Source of the DNA: Eledone cirrhosa
Taxonomy: Eukaryota
Direction: 5' to 3'
DNA length: 64,000 nt
NCBI GenBank assembly: GCA_964016885.1
Contig: OZ024741.1
Span: forward strand, 343,976,001 to 344,040,000
Shown here piece after piece: positions 60,961-64,000 of the stretch. Numbering within the stretch: position 1 is the first letter of the stretch; each line of letters opens with the position of its first letter. The translations under genes and the position numbers were made by a program. Below the pieces are notes generated by a model. That model was not told where the DNA came from and did not search any database. It was given only the letters and a program-made list of their open reading frames with translations.

Positions 60961-61614
60961 TTCATGATTCTGCCAATAATGAATTCTTCTTCCTTATTCG
61001 CTTAAAGACTTACAACAAAACCAAAACATACACGAAGATATTTCCCGTTGCTCACTAGATTTTTAGTCCTAATGAACTACTTTGTGCTCTTGCATTATAT
61101 AATTTAATTATTGTTTTTGATGGGAACAGAAACTTTGAATTAATTACTTCTCTGAATAAAACTAGTTTCCTACACCAACAAATGTAAAATCTACATTTTA
61201 TTAGTGCTTCTTTCATCACGATTTCGGCAAATACTCTGAAGCCTTTATTTGACGATGAGGTCAGAATAAAACTAAAAGAACGTGGAGTTGTCTCTCATAC
61301 TTACTGAAATGCCGATAATAATAATCATTGACTAAAATTTTCCTTGCTCATCGGAAATACATTTCTAGTTAGCTTTTCTAATACTTACTTGTATTATATA
61401 TTTTAGAATTAATTTAACTACCGTTATTTGCTAATAAGGCTGTGTTATTCTAGCTCGGGCGTCTCAAAAGTGCAGCCTGCAAACTACTTTATTATGGCCT
61501 GCAGCAAATCAAAGTAAAATTTGAAACAGAAAATTTCCCCTCCCATCGACATTTTGTACTAATTCCCATTTTTTACTTACTATCATATGCGTATTCTAAA
61601 AGAAAAATAGGTCT

Positions 61615-61830
61615 CAAGCTACAAGGCTTAAGACAGACTTCCCAGGACAGGACACCAGTCCTTTGCAGGGTTAACCCTCCAGCTATTGCTGGTACTCATT
61701 TTCAGCTAAGTATACTGGATCAACGTGAAACGAAGTGTCTTGCTCAAGAACACAAGCAACCAACCCAGGAATCGAACACACGATATTACGATTGTAAGTC
61801 CAACACCCTTACCATTAGGCCACGTGCCTC
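61615..61830 (-). mobile_element. tRNA-derived SINE (second family head)
   Basis: Minus strand: gaggcacgTGGCCTAATGG...GTTCGATTCC...ttcttgagcaagacactt...accctgcaaaggactggtgtcctgtcc. Confidence 0.75.
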
Positions 61831-63644
61831 TACTTACGCGTATTCATGTTAATGAAAATGATAAATACTAGTCTATCAGCAGTATTGCAGATTAGCATTA
61901 TAACTAGTGGACATCCTAGTCCCACCCTCATCACATTTTTGGTCCGCTGTGCCTCTGGCACAAGATATAATGGCCCTTTTGAATCCTTCAGTTTGAGACC
62001 TCTGCTGTATTTATTCTGAGCTATTTCTAATAATCAATTCTAACCTGGCCAAGAGCCACGCAATTGGCGAGGGAAAATGTTATAGATTATATCAACACCA
62101 CTAGTTTACTCATACTTGTTTTATAGATTCTAGGATGATGAAAAGCAAAGCTGACCTCGACAAGATTTCAACTAAGAATATCAGGAGACGTTACTAAATA
62201 TTTGCTTTACCAATTCTGCTACTTAGATAAGGAAATATTTGGATGTTGTTGTATTCTATGATTCCCGGAATTTTGTTATACCATGTTAAACGAGTCAACG
62301 AGAGAGCATCAGACCTGTCCACTCTGCCCGCCAGGTGGGAAGATCTGCCACCCACTTTCGTTCTCTTGTGAAAATGGGTATAGCTTTCGTTATGTAACAT
62401 CTCCTTATTTAGCCTCATTTCTCCCCATTTTGGAGGCACTTTCTTTCATGGTACTCCCGTTTGGGTTTTTAGAGGTTAGCTTGTAATCTATCTCTCGACC
62501 TGTTAGAAATATCAGCCAACTCCTCCTCAAATCACACTATGTTGAAATAGTCAAGCGCCATCAGAGTTGATCGGTTGCTAAATAACAACTAATATTTCTC
62601 ATATTTTATTACATTTCATTTTATCATTCAAATAGTCTACCATTTTACAAGTACCGAGTGTTCAAAACATTTGGAATTAATAGTTTCAATAGTCAATGTT
62701 GTTGCTGTTGTTGTTTAACTCTGGACAACTCTGACTAAGCAGATTCCTTATCAGTGATAATACCGTTTATTTCTATACCATATAACACATAGAACTACTC
62801 GCCAATATAATAGGATTCGGAGAGGCTGCAATTTCCAGCAGCTTGAGAGACCATGCTGAGGATATTTCATTGGGGAATCCGACTGTCAAATTTAATTGAG
62901 AATCTTTATATATTCTAGAAATCCGTATATTTGCAATGATTAATGTCTAAGATCTTAGATTTCTTGTGTTTAAATGTTCAGGCGTCTTTGAAGTTTGAAA
63001 TATGTAGTATTTAAATGTAATATTGAGAAAGTTTGGATTTCTAAATATGTAATTTTCTTAAATATAACTTTATCTGTACTGATATACAATAATAATAATA
63101 AATTAAATATAGAAGAATAAATAAAAGATAAAAAGATAAATGGTAGGAAGAAAAGTTTTTTTAAAGGAAGGACGAAAGGGAAAGTCAAACTCTATACTGT
63201 TGCCTGAGTGATACATCTCATGGAGATAGCTTTAGAGAGATGGAGAGGGCGAGAGAGATAGAGGCGATGACAGTGGGAGTTTGGCCCTTCCACATTCGGA
63301 CAATAGCCTTGTGGTTGTGTTCATTATCTATATAGAAAATTATGTATTTACCATATGGCAAGCTAAAAGACAAAATTAACCTCGGTAGTATTTGAAGTCG
63401 TCTGTTATTCTACATGAAGGAGCTCTTAATTTATGTTAAGTACATGCCTTCCTATTTTGCTAAAGAAAGACGGTAGTTCTGAGACTGAGGATACCAGTGG
63501 TCTCGATGGCATAAGACATAAACAGGAACTGTAACTTCGAATCCTAGTATTTTGTTATCATCCACTCCTCTGGAACCTTATATTTCCTACTATTCAAATA
63601 GTCCATGATTCTTTATGGTTGTATTTCTATTGTATTATGTTCCA

Positions 63645-63833
63645 GCGGTGGATTGGCAGTATCGGTAGAGGGTCGGACGCCACGCTTTGCAGCATAGAGT
63701 TACGGCCCTTTACAGCCTGAATTCAAATCCCACCGAGGTTAACTTTGCCTTTCATCCTTACTGAATTGGTAAAATAAAGTACCAGTAATGCACTGGATAA
63801 TTGCTGGCCTTGTGCCAAGGGTAGAAACAATTA
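63645..63833 (+). mobile_element. Full-length ~190 bp SINE
   Basis: Same family as 55291. Confidence 0.85.
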
Positions 63834-64000
63834 TTTTATGCTATGTTAAACGACGCTTTTGAATGAGTCGAAGGACATTTCTTGTGCCTTCGATCCCTGA
63901 AATACCTCCCTACTACCGTCAGTCATGCAAGACCGAACCTTATCAAATAAACTGACTGTTTTAGCTCATATTCCCCACCTTCAACCAGGGGAACATATTC

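Overview
AT-rich eukaryotic (animal) DNA, probably intergenic or intronic; the repeat content resembles cephalopod/octopus genomes, which is my inference. I found no host protein-coding exon, and most of the ORF track is translated microsatellite. Supported content: (1) a 5'-truncated R4/Dong-like non-LTR retrotransposon (RT, CCHC, restriction-like endonuclease) with an uninterrupted ORF, flanked by (TAA)n; (2) several Penelope-like element (PLE) GIY-YIG/thumb fragments; (3) decayed CRE-like, RTE-like, CR1/Jockey-like and Helitron fragments and two TA-flanked MITEs; (4) many copies of a ~190 bp tRNA-head SINE and two longer SINE copies; (5) abundant micro- and minisatellites. The main hidden signal is that many 0.1-1.8 kb islands between (TA)n tracts are inverted or tandem rearranged modules carrying hand-foldable type I hammerhead ribozyme motifs, about 25 motifs in over a dozen sequence families. 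Many have a short palindromic helix III, and some have recurrent core variants (U3-A8 compensatory pair, U4A, A13Y). Two motifs lie directly downstream of PLE GIY-YIG ORFs, which ties the system to (TA)n-associated PLEs or non-autonomous retrozyme-like derivatives. All folds were done by eye and none is experimentally tested.
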